Of a stretch of 64,000 nt of DNA, positions 12,739-27,277 are shown one piece after another. The DNA lies in assembly GCA_964016885.1 (NCBI GenBank), contig OZ024744.1, positions 34,658,001-34,722,000 of the forward strand. Reading direction: 5' to 3'. Source of the DNA: Eledone cirrhosa (lineage: Eukaryota). The notes below the pieces were generated by a model, which did not search any database, was not told the origin of the DNA, and saw nothing but the letters and a program-made list of their open reading frames with translations. The position numbers and the translations under genes were made by a program. Position 1 is the first letter of the stretch; the number at the start of each line of letters is the position of its first letter.

Positions 12739-13089
12739 ACTGAATGTTAATATCACTATGATATCTAGGTAGATGATGTGGTGGCCTTAGTTTAGTTAAA
12801 TTGTGATCTTCTCAATGAAGTACAATGTTCGAATGCAAACCTTTACGTTGGAGTATATTTTTGCTGGTTTCATATTTTATCATTTGTAATTCGGGGTATT
12901 CAAAGGGAGATAACCTATAAATTCAATTACGCTATACAAAATCAAATCAAAATCATTGTCTATTCAGAACTGATTTAAACTTTTCAATAAAATTCTTCTT
13001 TTTTTTTTAACTCCTCTCGAGTCATGAAATTTATAAAATGAATTATTAAAAACATTATTATATAGAACTGTTACATAGCGGTATTTTCC

Positions 13090-13560
13090 AAATGACCACT
13101 TAGTGGAATCTGTATGACATTATGATCCCTAATCGATTGACAGTATACTCACAAGCGTTCTAAAAATAGATTTCCCGCCTGACCAATGTAATTCGAGCAT
13201 TTGATACAGGAAATCAGATTTCTGCTTTTACAGTCTATATTTGCATTTGCAAATATTTTTCTTCCAAGTTTTGTGTTTATATAATTGTTTCTACTTTTGG
13301 CACAAGGCCAGCAATTACCCAGTACATAATGACTAGCATATATAAATCGACACCAACTATGATGATTGTCATTATACATAGCTACTGTAAAGTTTATTTT
13401 GCTCTCGTTTAGATCAAACTTTGCCTTTGTCAATAATTCTTTCAGATTCTTTGGTTGTTGTTTGCTTTCAAAAATCCTTCTATCAGTAATTAGATCCCTT
13501 AGTTTATTTCTTTGTCTGATAATCGGTATGTTTGATTTAGAGGTTTTTAAAATATTTTAA
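13090..13560 (-). pseudogene. decayed PLE GIY-YIG fragment interrupted by a SINE 3' piece (13281-13335)
   Basis: DCKSRNLISCIKCSNYIGQ..ER in ORF 13149..13433. Confidence 0.7.
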
Positions 13561-14989
13561 TTATATGGATTGTGTATCACTACACAATGTACACAATACA
13601 GACGCTTAAACAGATAAACATATACGCATACACACACACAAATATGTATGTGTGTGCGTGTATGTTTGCATGTATACAATGGGCTTCCACTCAGTTTCTG
13701 TCTACCAAGTTCACTAGTTATTAGTAAACTCGAGATGAGGTAAAATTATTGCCCAAGGTGCCGTGTCACAATATGTAGCTTACTTTCTTTTAAAAAATAA
13801 GGAACACCACATTGAAGTGTAGTAGTAATGACATTTTGTTTTCCCACCTTCCACTTTCATTGGTAGAATGGTGCCAACTTGGAGATGCATTTGGTCATCT
13901 TTTTAGCATTTAAACTGGCCGTATCCGGCCAGAATTCTCTCACCTCTTTCTGTTCCAACCGACCATAACCAGCTGCTCATACTTACGTTAAGGTATTGTT
14001 CTCAAAATAAATAATATCAAAATCTCATAGGTTTGATATTATATAAGACATTATGTGAAATAAAGTGTTATAGTATATATATAGAGTAACATAAATGCTA
14101 AAGGGTTAACAACAATATAATTCTGGTTCGTCTGGATTAAGTGTTTCATCCCAATCCCCGTCCAGTTCTCGTTTCTCATTTGGTAGACTGCGAGAATTTG
14201 CGTGCCCTTTTCTATGTATACAGTGACCAAGGAATGGCGATTTCAGACGGTACTTGTGCGTAACAATAAAACGGGACGAGTAGAATTTCTTCACTGTTTA
14301 GAGGTGTCAATGAATGAAACTTGCTTCTTCTTCCATGGCAAATTTCACCTACACTCTACCGTACCAAATGTTTTGCTACGTATGATATGCGTTTTAAGCT
14401 CGCACACGGAGGCCAAGGCTTTCTGGATTAAGGCCTCGCTTGCCTGCTCCATTTATACGGTTCGTCAACCTGCGACATAATATGTTTTGGATGATGTTGA
14501 CAATGTAGCTAGCTTCAACTTCTCATTGTATGTCATCCTTTACAAGCTGTTTGTGGGGGCTGGAAAAAGTGAGAAATGCACGGCCTCAACACACTTAGTT
14601 GGTTACGAGGGTGTTGTAGTATTTACTGACAAAACGGTGACAGTGATGGTGGTGGATATTATGTTGGTGGTGGTGTCACTAGGCAGTTGACAGGCTGGCT
14701 AGTTCACTGTTTCGACATTACTATTGTTGGTGTTGTTGTAAATGTTATTCTGGTTGTGTGTAGATATTGTTACTGTTCATGTTTATGTTATCGTTTTTGT
14801 TACTGTTTAAAATAGCAATATATTTCTTTCGTTGTCATCAACAGTCATTTTTATCAATGCTTGTTGAGCATCTGTTCCCCCTTTTTGCGATATATTGTGG
14901 TTCCTCTCTTTTTTCCATGTTATTTTCATAAACAAATTTTGAAGTGTGTCACTACTTGGAGTATCCATAGCGTAAAACATGCCCATTGC

Positions 14990-15140
14990 GTTCTAAATTC
15001 AAATTCCGCCGAGGTAGGCTTTGCCTTTCATCCTTAAGGGGTCAATAAAATAAAGTACCAGTAATGCACTGGGCTCTATTTAATCGACTATCCCTTTCCC
15101 AAAAATTGTTGGCCTTGTGCCTAAAGTAGAAACAATTATA
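14990..15140 (+). mobile_element. tRNA-derived SINE, 5'-truncated
   Basis: TTCAAATTCCGCCGAGG..GTAGAAACAATTA. Confidence 0.8.
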
Positions 15141-15208
15141 TATTAACGAAAATATATATCGACATATACATAATGAAAAAGAAAATAATCTCTCTCTCTC
15201 ACTCTCTC

Positions 15209-15250
<42 letters not shown>

Positions 15251-15680
15251 AATCTATCTAATCGACCCACTTTAATCTGAGCGAATCGCGATCTATCTCA
15301 GATTTCCACATACGTTTTAAATTGTATGTTTACTAATTGTATGTTCGGATACTGGCTTGGTTTCGTCTCGATTCTTGAGGACGTATAGCGAAGATCAGCT
15401 ATTTTTCTAACAGAAACAACAACGGTTAATGGCATTGCATGGTTGAATAACTCCAATAAAGAAGATAAAATAATACAAGAATGTTTCTTGATATAATCCG
15501 ATTACTTGAAACATTGAACGAAACTATCTATACGACTTAGAACAGAAATCTCCAAGTACGATCTCTTGCAGATTAATTCGCAGTTATTATTGGCTTATTA
15601 AAGATTAACCGTTTAGAGTAGTAGTACTACTACTAAAGCAACTAGTCAGAAATATGATGAAATTCGTCGAGCGTTTATAG

Positions 15681-15742
<62 letters not shown>

Positions 15743-15747
<5 letters not shown>

Positions 15748-15887
15748 TATAATTGAATATAAAAGAAAAACGAACACAGATATACGTGTTCAAATCGCAA
15801 GGGACCAGATTCGTGAAAAGAATACTAACTATAGACAACATGATATAGATCTGTGTTCGTTTTTCTTTTATATTCAATTATAATATA
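15743..15887. repeat. inverted repeat, 39-bp arms (15743-15781 / 15849-15887) adjoining (TA)n
   Basis: direct. Confidence 0.85.
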
Positions 15888-15970
15888 CGGCTCGGAACAA
15901 TCTCTTTGCTAGAGCTATTTTATTGTAAGAGAATATTTTGTGTTCCTAACTCTATACCTTTGCTATATAT

Positions 15971-16364
15971 AAGGCGGGTAAAATTCCCGAGATCCATGGA
16001 CGAGTTCTCTCTAGTGGTCTCTGTCCCTCATCATCGCTGCCCTGTCCTGCGTCTCCAAGAGACCAGTGTCTGTCATTAGGGCATCAACATATGTCAACCT
16101 CGGTCTTCCTCTTCCAGTGTGTCCTTGCAGGGGCTCCCACAGGAGCACTGAGTGTAATGTCAACTCTGGATGACGGTGAGCATGTCCAGCCAACCTCAGT
16201 CTCCTCTGTGCTATCCCAAGAAGATAGTGGACCTGATATCACTGCTCTACACCAACACCAAAGCCCAAGTCATTACACCTGATGGGATGACGGAGTTCTT
16301 TGGGATACTGGCTGGAGTACTCCAGGGAGATACATTGGTTCCCTACCTTTTTATCATCGCAGTG

Positions 16365-16368
<4 letters not shown>
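15971..16368 (-). mobile_element. RTE-like LINE 3' end with an inverted 5' RT segment
   Basis: 15971-16212 is a minus-strand homologue of 16690-16930; 16213-16368 encodes GVLQGDTLVPYLFII on plus. Confidence 0.8.
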
Positions 16369-16439
<71 letters not shown>

Positions 16440-16441
<2 letters not shown>

Positions 16442-16928
16442 ACACGCTTGAGATCGGTGTGGAAGTCGGACCTTCGTAGAGACCTGAAAGTCCGCCTCTT
16501 CATTGCTGTAGTGGAGTCTGTGCTGTTGTATGGGTCTGAGACTTGGACACTGATCAAAAGACTCACTCAGATGGTGGATGGGTGCTACACAAGAATGCTG
16601 AGGATGGCTCTGAACATTAATCAGTATACACTGAGGATGAAAAACTCAGAGCTGTATGGGAGCATCCCAAAAGTTAGCTCAAAAGTGACACAGAGGAGAC
16701 TGAGGTTGGCTGGACATGCTCACCGACATCCAGAGTTGACATTGCACTCAGTGCTCCTTTGGGAGCCCCTACATGGACACACTAGAAGAGGAAGACCAAG
16801 GTTAACATATGTTGATGCCCTAAGGACAGACACTGGTCTGTTGGAGATGCAGGATATGGCAGCGATAATGAGGGACAGAGACCGCTGGAGAGAACTCGTC
16901 CATGGATCTCGGGAATTTTACCCGCCTT

Positions 16929-16930
<2 letters not shown>
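16440..16930 (+). mobile_element. RTE-like LINE 3' portion
   Basis: KVRLFIAVVESVLLYGSETW, RRLRLAGH, RGRPRLTYVD, DRDRWR; ends in (TA)n. Confidence 0.88.
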
Positions 16931-18320
<1,390 letters not shown>

Positions 18321-18361
18321 TCATTAAAATATATTACCAAATGCAAGTTCTTTTACAAATT

Positions 18362-18406
18362 TTAATTTACAAATGTTTCATCCTCATTAGGACTTATCAA
18401 AATCAA
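18362..18406 (-). ncRNA. type I hammerhead, U3-A8 core variant
   Basis: UUGAUU-UUGAUAA-GUCCU AAUG AGGAU-GAA-ACAUUUGU-A-AAUUAA. Confidence 0.7.
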
Positions 18407-18829
18407 TCATTTTATGAACATTTACCTCAACACGTTCATCTTTTCGAGCGCACCAAAAAATCACGGTGAATCTTTGTTTACATTTTATAAAACGGCATTA
18501 TTTAGCATTAGTTGGCTACTGCTGCATGACATTCGTTCACTCCAGCATTCAAACGAAAGTCAAATATCAGAATATTCTAGTAACCAAAGGCAAAGTGCTT
18601 TTCTCAATATAATATATTCATTATATATACAAAAAAGGATTTCCCTAGATGCATGTAGCCACGCACATACACACACAACTAAACACTCCTCATATATGGA
18701 TACACACTAACAAAAAACCTTTCTAATCAAAGTATCTATCTACTTTCGTCAAATCGGACCGAGGAAACAATTTTTTCGTCGGTCTTTCCAGTTGCTAGTA
18801 CTATCTATCGGTCGCAACTCCAGGTAGAA

Positions 18830-19110
18830 GGAGAAACGTGAAATAAAGTGTCTTGCTCAAGGACATAACGTATCGCCTGGTCCAGGAATCGAACCTCAAG
18901 ATTGTGAATCCAATTCTCTAACCACTCAACCACACGCCTTCACAAATATCAAAGTATATTTGTACATATACATGCCCAATTACAACTTAATAATAATAAT
19001 AATTGTTTCTACTTTTGGCACACGACCAGCAATTACCCCAGTGCATTACTGGTACTTATTTTATCGACCCCGTAAGGATGAAAGGCAAAACTAACCTCGG
19101 TGGGATTTAC
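18830..19110 (-). mobile_element. two SINE fragments (~18830-18940 tRNA head of a second family; ~18998-19110 main family)
   Basis: B box GGTTCGATTCC on minus; ATCGACCCCGTAAGGATG core. Confidence 0.7.
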
Positions 19111-19204
19111 AATAGTAATAACAATAATGAAATGGCAAAATAAGTCGATTAGTGAATCTATCAACACAATTTACACCCAAGAATTAAAAATATACTCTCG
19201 TGAT

Positions 19205-20181
19205 TAATTAGGGGAAGGATTTGACAAGGAAAAATGATATTCCTTGATTATAGATGAAGCTTGCCACTTGGACACAAGAGTGCAAGAAAAGGAGAAGGAG
19301 AAATTGAACCGGTACTAAGATTTTGGGACCTTCATACACTGGAAATTTTGCCAGGATTATGAAATACCAACAGAAAAAAGATGGTACAAACACACAGCAG
19401 AAAAAATGCCAGAGAACGACAAAGCAACCATTCTCTGGGATACGCCAATACTTAAGACAGAAAGATCAAGGCCAACCGACCAGATATTAGAAATATTTCG
19501 AATGTGGAAAATGAAAACAGAAACAATACCTATAATAATAGGTGCTCTAGGAATGATGAAAAAAAACAGAGACAAACACATAACCAAAACTCCAGGAGTT
19601 ACAAGTATATAAGCATAGAAAATAGCACTACTAGGCACTGCACACATATTAAGAAAAGTACTGTCAAAACAATAGAAGCAATATCAGCAAAAACTACACT
19701 GCTCGTACCCAAGAAGTGTGCTCGGTAAATCTGTGCTCGGTAAAGCAGTAATCATGTGCAGTAATAATGTGCAATAATGATGATAATAATAATAATAATA
19801 ATAATAGTAATAATAATAATAATAATAATAATCATAGGCCTGCCCGTTCGACACGAGAGTGCAAGAGAAGGAGAGGGAGAAAATTAACCGATACCAGGAC
19901 CTAAAGTGGGAGGTGAAAAGGATTTGGAACTGCCATGAAGTCAAAGTGATCCCGATTGTCATAGGCGCACTGGGGACTATCTCCAAAAGTTTCCAGGGAT
20001 GGTTAAAGAAAATCGGCCCCTTCACGCTTTTTGGAACGCTTCAAAAGGCATGCTTGCTTGGAACAGCAAGAACCCTCCGATACGTCCTGAATATCTGAGG
20101 CTGCAGGTAGTGGCTTGATATTCAATCCAACGGACTTTCCAGTTAACCAACATCAATGACTGAGATTCAAGGAATAACAAC

Positions 20182-20217
<36 letters not shown>

Positions 20218-20665
20218 TGTTTCTACTTTAGGCACAAGGCCAGCAATTATCCAGTGCATTACTGGTACTTTATTTTATCGACCCCGTAAGGATGAAAGGC
20301 AAAGTCAACCTCGGCGGGATTTGAACTCAGATCGTAAAGGGACGTAACTATGCTGGAAAGCATGGCGTCCGACCCTCTACCGATACTGCCAATCCACCGC
20401 CCTGGTATAATAATAATAATAATAATAGTCAAAGTGATCCCGATTGTCATAGGCGCACTAGGGACTATCTCAAAAATTTTCCAGGGATGGTTAAATAAAA
20501 TTGGCCCCTTCACGCTTTTTGGAACGCTTCAAAAGGCATGATTGCTGGGATCAGCAAGAACCCTCCGATACGTCCTGAATATCTGAGGCTGCAGGTAGTG
20601 GCTTGATATTTATTTCAAAAAAATTTCCAGTTAACTAACATCAATGACTGAGACTCAAAGAGTAA
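19205..20665 (+). mobile_element. stack of R4/Dong-type 3' fragments (19205-19770 diverged; 19835-20175; 20427-20665) separated by (TAA)n; SINE at 20212-20403 (-)
   Basis: KINRYQDL..IPIVIGALG..LQKACLLGTARTLR, matches 23810-24140. Confidence 0.88.
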
Positions 20666-20685
20666 TAATCATAATAATAATAATA

Positions 20686-23600
20686 TTTAGGTTAAATGTC
20701 GAACCTAAACAGTTATATAACGGTGAAGTGGAGACTGGAATGTCATGTGACAGACTCTCAGCCAGCAGGTGCTCCCTGGCTCAGCAGCAGGGACCTGGCT
20801 GTCAACCAAATACTGCTGGTGTCGGAGGAAGAAGAAGAAGGAAAGGGACCAGAACCAACTGGACGAAAGAATTGAATAGAACTGTTATGCAATGTTACCT
20901 GAAGAGTAACCCCAAGGAGAAAGGCTATAGGAAACGGATGCATAACATCTGGAACGAGATTGGTCTATTTAAATTAGATGAACAAAAGTTGGCCGGGCAG
21001 GCTCGGGTAATAAGAACTAATGGATGGATAAGCGAGCTGGAACTGGAGGAACTGAGCAGAGAGATTAGGTTGGAAATGGAGAGTGGAGTATGCCAGGCAA
21101 ATGAGCCAGTGGGAAATGAAGGTGAAGAGGTTGAGAGAACGGAGGAACCATCTGAAGCAGACAATGATCTGAATGCTGAAATAAATAATACCTGGGACAA
21201 AGATACGGCTATTGAGGAGATGAATGCTGACGGGCTAGGACAAGATTTGGTTGATATCCTAAACTTAGTGGTAGATGAATTGAACAATGATAGTGGGAAA
21301 CCTATGAACCTAAGATTTGTAGACAGGAAAAAGTTAAAAGAAACAACAGCTAAGGTAAACAAAGTCATCCCATACCTTGAGGCGAGGAGCCCTCACAAGT
21401 GCAACAAGATCCTCAAAGCAACAGCAAATGCGGTGAGGAAATTACTTGGCATAAAAGCGAGAGGAAACAACAAACAAGAAAGATCAGAACCTTGGTGGAA
21501 GAAACGATGGAATGGTCAAATCAGGGAAATGAGAAATGACATTGGAAAGCTTGAGTCCCTACTGAATGGGACACTAAAAAACATAGACACTAAAAATAGA
21601 CTGGAAATAAAGTACAAGACTAGGAGGAAAAAGCTAAATATTATCATAGAGGAACTGAAGCAACGCATTGTAGCAAAGAGTGCAAAAATTAGGCGATACG
21701 AGAGCAGAGTCAGTCAGTATAGACAGAACCGCATGTTCGACAACAACCAGAAGATGCTGTTTGGACAGCTTGAAGTGAAAGAAAGAGGAAACGACTTGAT
21801 CCCTGAGGCGGAACAAACTAAGACATTCTGGAGAGGAATATGGGAGCAGGATGTTAAACATAATGACAAGGCAGTGTGGATTGAGACAGTACAGAAGGAG
21901 ATTAGTGAACAGGCACACCAACAAACTGATTTGAGTATCACAGTAGAAACTCTTAAGGGACAGGCCAAAAAACTAACCAACTGGAAATCACCAGGCCCAG
22001 ATGGTGTGCAGGGGTATTGGATTAAAAATATAACATCCCTCCACCCGAAACTGACAACCATGTTCAATGACTGCTTGATGTCAGGTGAGGTACCAGAGTG
22101 GTTGACAAAGGTACCACAGTTCTGGTAATGAAAGACCGAATCAAGGGTAATGATGTTACCAACTATAGACCTATCACATGTCTGTCCGTAATGTGGAAAC
22201 TGTTGACAAGCATTATGTCTGAGGAAATCTACCATCACCTCCACACAAACAACTTGTTACCGGACGAACAGAAAGGATGCCGAAAGAAGTCCCGTTGTAC
22301 AAAGGACCAGTTGCTTATTGATAAGATGGTAATGAGGAATTGCAAGAGGAGACACACTGGTCTTGCCATGGGATGGATAGACTACAAAGAGGCATTTGAC
22401 ATGGTGCTTCATTCTTAGATCACCAAAAACCTAGAGATCTTCAAGGTGGCAGTTGTTGGGCAAAAGTATGAAGTCCTGGAAAACAGATTTAACATCAGCT
22501 GGAGAATCCTTGGGAGGCGTGATGATCAAGAGAGGTATCTTCCAGGGAGATAGTCTGTCCCTCTGTTGTTTGTCCTTGCCCTGATACCCCTGACCATTAT
22601 ACTGCGAAAAGTGAGAGCAGGATACAAGTTGGGAAAGGGAGAGTTTGCCATCAATCACCTCCTCTTCATGGACGATCTTAAGCTCTTCGGGAAGAGTGAG
22701 AAGGAGTTGGATGTGCAATTGTATGCAATTTGGTATTAGTAAGTGTGGAGTCCTTGTGATGAAGAGGGGTAAATTGAGCAGAAGCAATGGAATCCAGGTA
22801 CCAACAGGTGAGATGATAAAGGAAATTGACACTGAAGAAGGATACAAGTATTTGGGTGTTCTGGGGGCTGATGACATCAAGAACAAAAAAATGAAGGAAT
22901 TGATAAGATCTGAATACATTCGGAGAGTAAGGAGCGTATTAAAGTCACATCTGAACAGTAGGAATGCCATAAGTGCAGTAAATTCCCGAGCTGTGTCTAT
23001 TATTAGGTACAGTGCGTGAATTCTGAGATGGAATGTTGCTGAACAAAAAGAAATGGATAAGAAGACTAGGAAGCTATTGACTATCTACAACATGTTCCAC
23101 AAGAGGAGTGATGTCGATAGACTCTACTTAAGGAGATCTGAAGGTGGAAGAGGTTTTATCAGCATAGAGGACTGTCTTAAGATGGAGAAAAACAACCTAC
23201 ACAAATATGTGACTGATAGTAAGGAGCCAATGCTCAGAATTGTACTGAAGGAGAGGACAATAGACCAGGGGATGTCCAAGGAGGAAATAACAACAAGGAG
23301 AAAGAGCAGCCTCCATGAAAAATCCCTTCATAGTACCTTCTTTGAGAAAACTGAATTCAGAGATCCACAGACATGGAACTGGTTGAAAAGAGGAGACCTC
23401 AAAAAGGCTACGGAAGGAATGTTAATGGCTGCGCAAGAGCAGGCCCTCAAAACGAAGTGGTTGAAACACCATATCTACAAGGAGGAGGCTAGCCCACTGT
23501 GCAGGATCTGTGGAGAGAGAGAGGAGACTGTGGCTCAAATTGTATCCGAGTGTAAACACCTAGCCCAGACTCACTATAAGGGCTGGAGACATGATGTGAT

Positions 23601-24139
23601 GGGCAGGGTGATCCACTGGCACCTATGCAAGTAAACAATTTACCACATTCTGAGAAGTGGTATGAGCATAAGCCAGAGTTGGTGATAGAAAACGATCAGG
23701 TGAAGGTGCTGTGGGATTTTAGGATACAGACGGACAAGAAACTGGAACACAATAGACCTGACCTGGTGGTTGTGGACAAGGAAAAAAGATCGTGCCTGAT
23801 TGTGGATGTGGCCTGCCCATTCGACACGAGAGTGCAAGAGAAGGAGAGGGAGAAAATTAACCGATACCAGGACTTAAAGTGGGAGGTAAAAAGGATTTGG
23901 AACTGCCATGAAGTCAAAGTGATCCCGATTGTCATAGGCGCACTAGGTACTATCTCAAAAGGTTTCCAGGGATGGTTAAAGAAAATTGGCCCCGCCACGC
24001 TTTTTGGAACGCTTCAAAATGCATGCTTGCTGGGAACAGCAAGAACCCTCCGATACGTCCTGAATATCTGAGGCTGCAGGTAGTGGCTTGATATTCATTT
24101 CAACAAACTTTCCAGTTAACTAACATCAATGACTGAGAC

Positions 24140-24140
<1 letters not shown>
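20686..24140 (+). mobile_element. R4/Dong-type non-LTR retrotransposon (RT + CCHC + RLE), near full length, frameshifted
   Basis: KSPGPDG, YRPITCL, DYKEAFD, GIFQGDSLS, LFMDDLK, CRICGEREETVAQIVSEC, RPDLVV..IVDVACP..KINRY; (TAA)n both sides. Confidence 0.93.

Positions 24141-24202
<62 letters not shown>
24141..24202. repeat. (TAA)n microsatellite shared by two convergent LINE 3' ends
   Basis: direct. Confidence 0.95.
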
Positions 24203-24204
<2 letters not shown>

Positions 24205-25900
24205 TTTATTTATTGGCCACAAGGCCTGACATCAAGAAAAACATTACAGACGGCACAGGACGGTAAGATGTGGTTTTTGTGCGTGTAAATATTTTTATTA
24301 TTTATATAAGAAAAGAAAAAAAAGGACATAGAAACATATATATATAAACAATAAAAATGAAAATTGAAACAATGAAAAATTCCCCAATAGGGGGAAAACC
24401 TCCGAGGGTTACTCGTGGCGAAAACCTCACAAAAGACCACGGCCACCCTGACCACCAGGGCAAGCGCCCTCTCTCAATTTTTCCATCTCTCAAACTACAG
24501 ACGTATATTCAGAGTGGTCCCGTTCACTCGGACCATTCTCGCTACATTCACCCACCTTTCAACAAACTTGCTAGAAGGCAGCACTTGCCTCTTTCACCCT
24601 GATTTTCCTCTTCAAGTGAAACTTGAAAAAGTTAATTAGAGATTCGCCGAAGAGGAAAGTGTCTGTCTTTAACCTGTCCACCACACAATCTCTTTGGCCA
24701 TGGCCACTAGGCAGATGAAAACCGCCTGCCCTTCCTCCACGAAGGAAGACGGCGAGACCATCTGCACAATGGACTCAGTTGACAACCGGATCAGTCCTAC
24801 ACGCGACAGCAACTGTTCGACATAGCTCCACAAGTCAACAATGCTCGAGCACTGAACGAGTGCGTGCACGACGGTTTCGTCGCTCTGCGCGCATCTTGGA
24901 CAGGCTCGGCTGACGGCACTTCCGTGCCTGTAGAGCTTATCTCGAACCGGCAGCGCTCCCCGGTAGCACTGGCAGGCCAGGGAATTTTGGAAGTTATCCA
25001 TAGGCCCCGGGCTGAAAGTTCTCCGGAAGAGAGCAAACAGCTGATCTTCTTCGACGCCCAGGATCTCTCCGAGAATGTCGTCGCTCTTTCCCTCCACTAG
25101 TCTTCTATAGAATGCCGAGGTGGATGTTCCACCGATACTGGTGCCCAGCTGGCAGAGGGCAGTGAGCGCCTGGAGACATTCCAGTTTCCAAGCGCTATTC
25201 CTTGGTCTTTTTCTGACCCAGGACTGCAGCTCTGTCAAGGAGACGAGCTGTGGGAAAACGTGCCTGGCGAACGGCGACCACACCTGTTCACCGTCAAGAA
25301 AGCACCAGAGATGTCGCAGCCTCAGCGCATGTTTGCGCATCATCAGCCATGGCATGCCCAATCCTCCACGCAATGGGTGTTGACAGCAGATGGATCGTCT
25401 GACCATGGGAGCGCGTCCCTTCCACAAAAAAGCGCAAGAGGAGGCGCTCCATTTTGGTGAGAGTTGGGCTGGAGCAAGGGACGACGGTGAGGCGGTAGCA
25501 GATGACGGATGCGATGTACGCATTCGCCACCTCCGCCCGGCCTTTCAGGGACAGCTTCCTCTCGGCCCATTTCTGAGTGAGGGAGGCCACCCTGCTCGTC
25601 ACCTCGTTCCAGTTTTTCTCCATCTGGAGGTCCGGTCCGAACCAGACCCCGAGCAATTTAACCGGTCCGTCCGTCCAACGCCCCACGACGCTGTCGGACG
25701 GCATGGACTTTCCTCTCCAGGTGCCGAGCTGGAAGCCCACCGACTTTTCCTGGTTTATCTTTGCTCCTGTCACCGCTTCGTATTCCTTGAGAGCGGTGCC
25801 GAGCATCTGGACGTGTCTGGTGCTCGATACCACCACGGTGACGTCGTCAGCGTAAGCCGACTCGGATTTCCCGTGTCCTAGTTCGCGTGGGACGCCCCTG
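24203..25900 (-). mobile_element. Tx1-type LINE, second lineage, 5'-truncated
   Basis: AYADDV, KLLGVWFG, LSLKGRAEV, CPRCAQSDETVVHALVQC; ends GGCCAATAAATAAATC(ATT)n. Confidence 0.9.
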
Positions 25901-25902
25901 GG

Positions 25903-26500
25903 GTTTCTTTATTGGTCACAAGAAAACATTAGAGACGGCACAGAACAGTACAGGACTATACAAAGTGGGTTTTGGTCGTGTAAATAGGTTATAACAAGAT
26001 AGAAATCGGGATAGAAATCAAAAAAATTCAAACAACAAAAGTTCCCCAAAAAGGGGGAAACCACCGAGGGTCACTCGTGGCGAAAACCACACAAAAAAGG
26101 CCACGGCCACCCTGACCATCAGGGCAAGCGCCCTCTCTGTTTTCCCACTCCTCAGTCTAGAAAGGAGATAGCTACCAAAAGATATAAATAGACTGATTTA
26201 GTGACCCGGTCAAACATAGCCAACAACAACACCATAATAATAATAATTATTGTCGTTGTATCTGTAAACTCTCAAAATGTTTAGTTTAAACGATATCAAA
26301 TAATAATAATAATAATAATGATTTCTTTATTGGCCACAAGGGCTGACATCAAGAAAAACATTACAGACGGCACAGGACGGTAATAATTGTTTCTACTTTT
26401 GGCACAAGGCCAGCAATTATCTCAATGGATTACTGGTACTTTATTTTATCGACCCCGTAAGGATGAAAGGCAAAGTTAACCTCGGCGGGATTTGAACTAC
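25903..26500 (-). mobile_element. short Tx1 3' ends (25903-26160; 26319-26380) and a SINE fragment (26382-26500)
   Basis: homology to 24203-24490 and to the SINE core. Confidence 0.8.
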
Positions 26501-26910
26501 GGTAATTATGATAAGCAACAAGTCGAACATTTACAGAACAGAACACAGACAAAAACAAACGCAACATCAAAAGAAAAACAAATTTCAAAAGTTTTGAACG
26601 CAACACCCCCTACCTCCCATGTTGCTATGACTACGAACTTAGCGTAGCTAAAATCAAAAACAGCAACAGCAGCAACAACTCTAGTAACCGATGTTACTGG
26701 CCTTGAAAAACAAAAAGGAAAAGAAACTAAGTCAGACATTCAAACATTACAATGAAACTTATGTTTATTTTGTTATGTTTTTATTTATTTATTTGTCTAT
26801 TTATTTATTTTCGTCTACGCTAAAATCACCGGGGGTGATGAAATCACTGGGGGTGATGAAATCACCGGTTGTTATGTAACCATACATTCACCAATCCTCG
26901 ATATGTGTGT

Positions 26911-27277
26911 TTAAATGTCGAACCTAAAGAGTTCGAATAACGGTGAAAAGGAGACTGGAATGTCATGTGAAAGACTCTTACCCAGCAAGTGCTCCCTGGC
27001 CCAGCAGTAGGGACCTGGTTGTCATCCAAATACTGCTGGTGTTGGAGGAAGAAGAAGGAAAGGAAAAAGAACCAACTGGACGAAAGAATTGAATAGAACT
27101 GTCATGAAATGTTACCTGAAGTGTAACCCCATGGAAAAAGGCTATAGGAAAGGGATGCATAACATCTGGAACGAGATTGGTCTATTTAAATTAGATGAAC
27201 AAAAATTGGCCGGGCAGGCTCGGGTAATAAGAACTAATGGATGGATAAGCGAGTTGGAACTGGAGGAACTGAGCAGA
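26911..27277 (+). mobile_element. R4/Dong-type 5' fragment
   Basis: homologous to 20693-21060. Confidence 0.88.

Noticed and set aside
14100-14970. Possible decayed LINE ORF1 (similar relics at 26500-26760 and 29650-30300)
   Set aside because: Too degraded to assign a family or boundaries
26827-26870. 18-bp tandem repeat AAATCACCGGGGGTGATG
   Set aside because: About 2.5 copies, no assignable function
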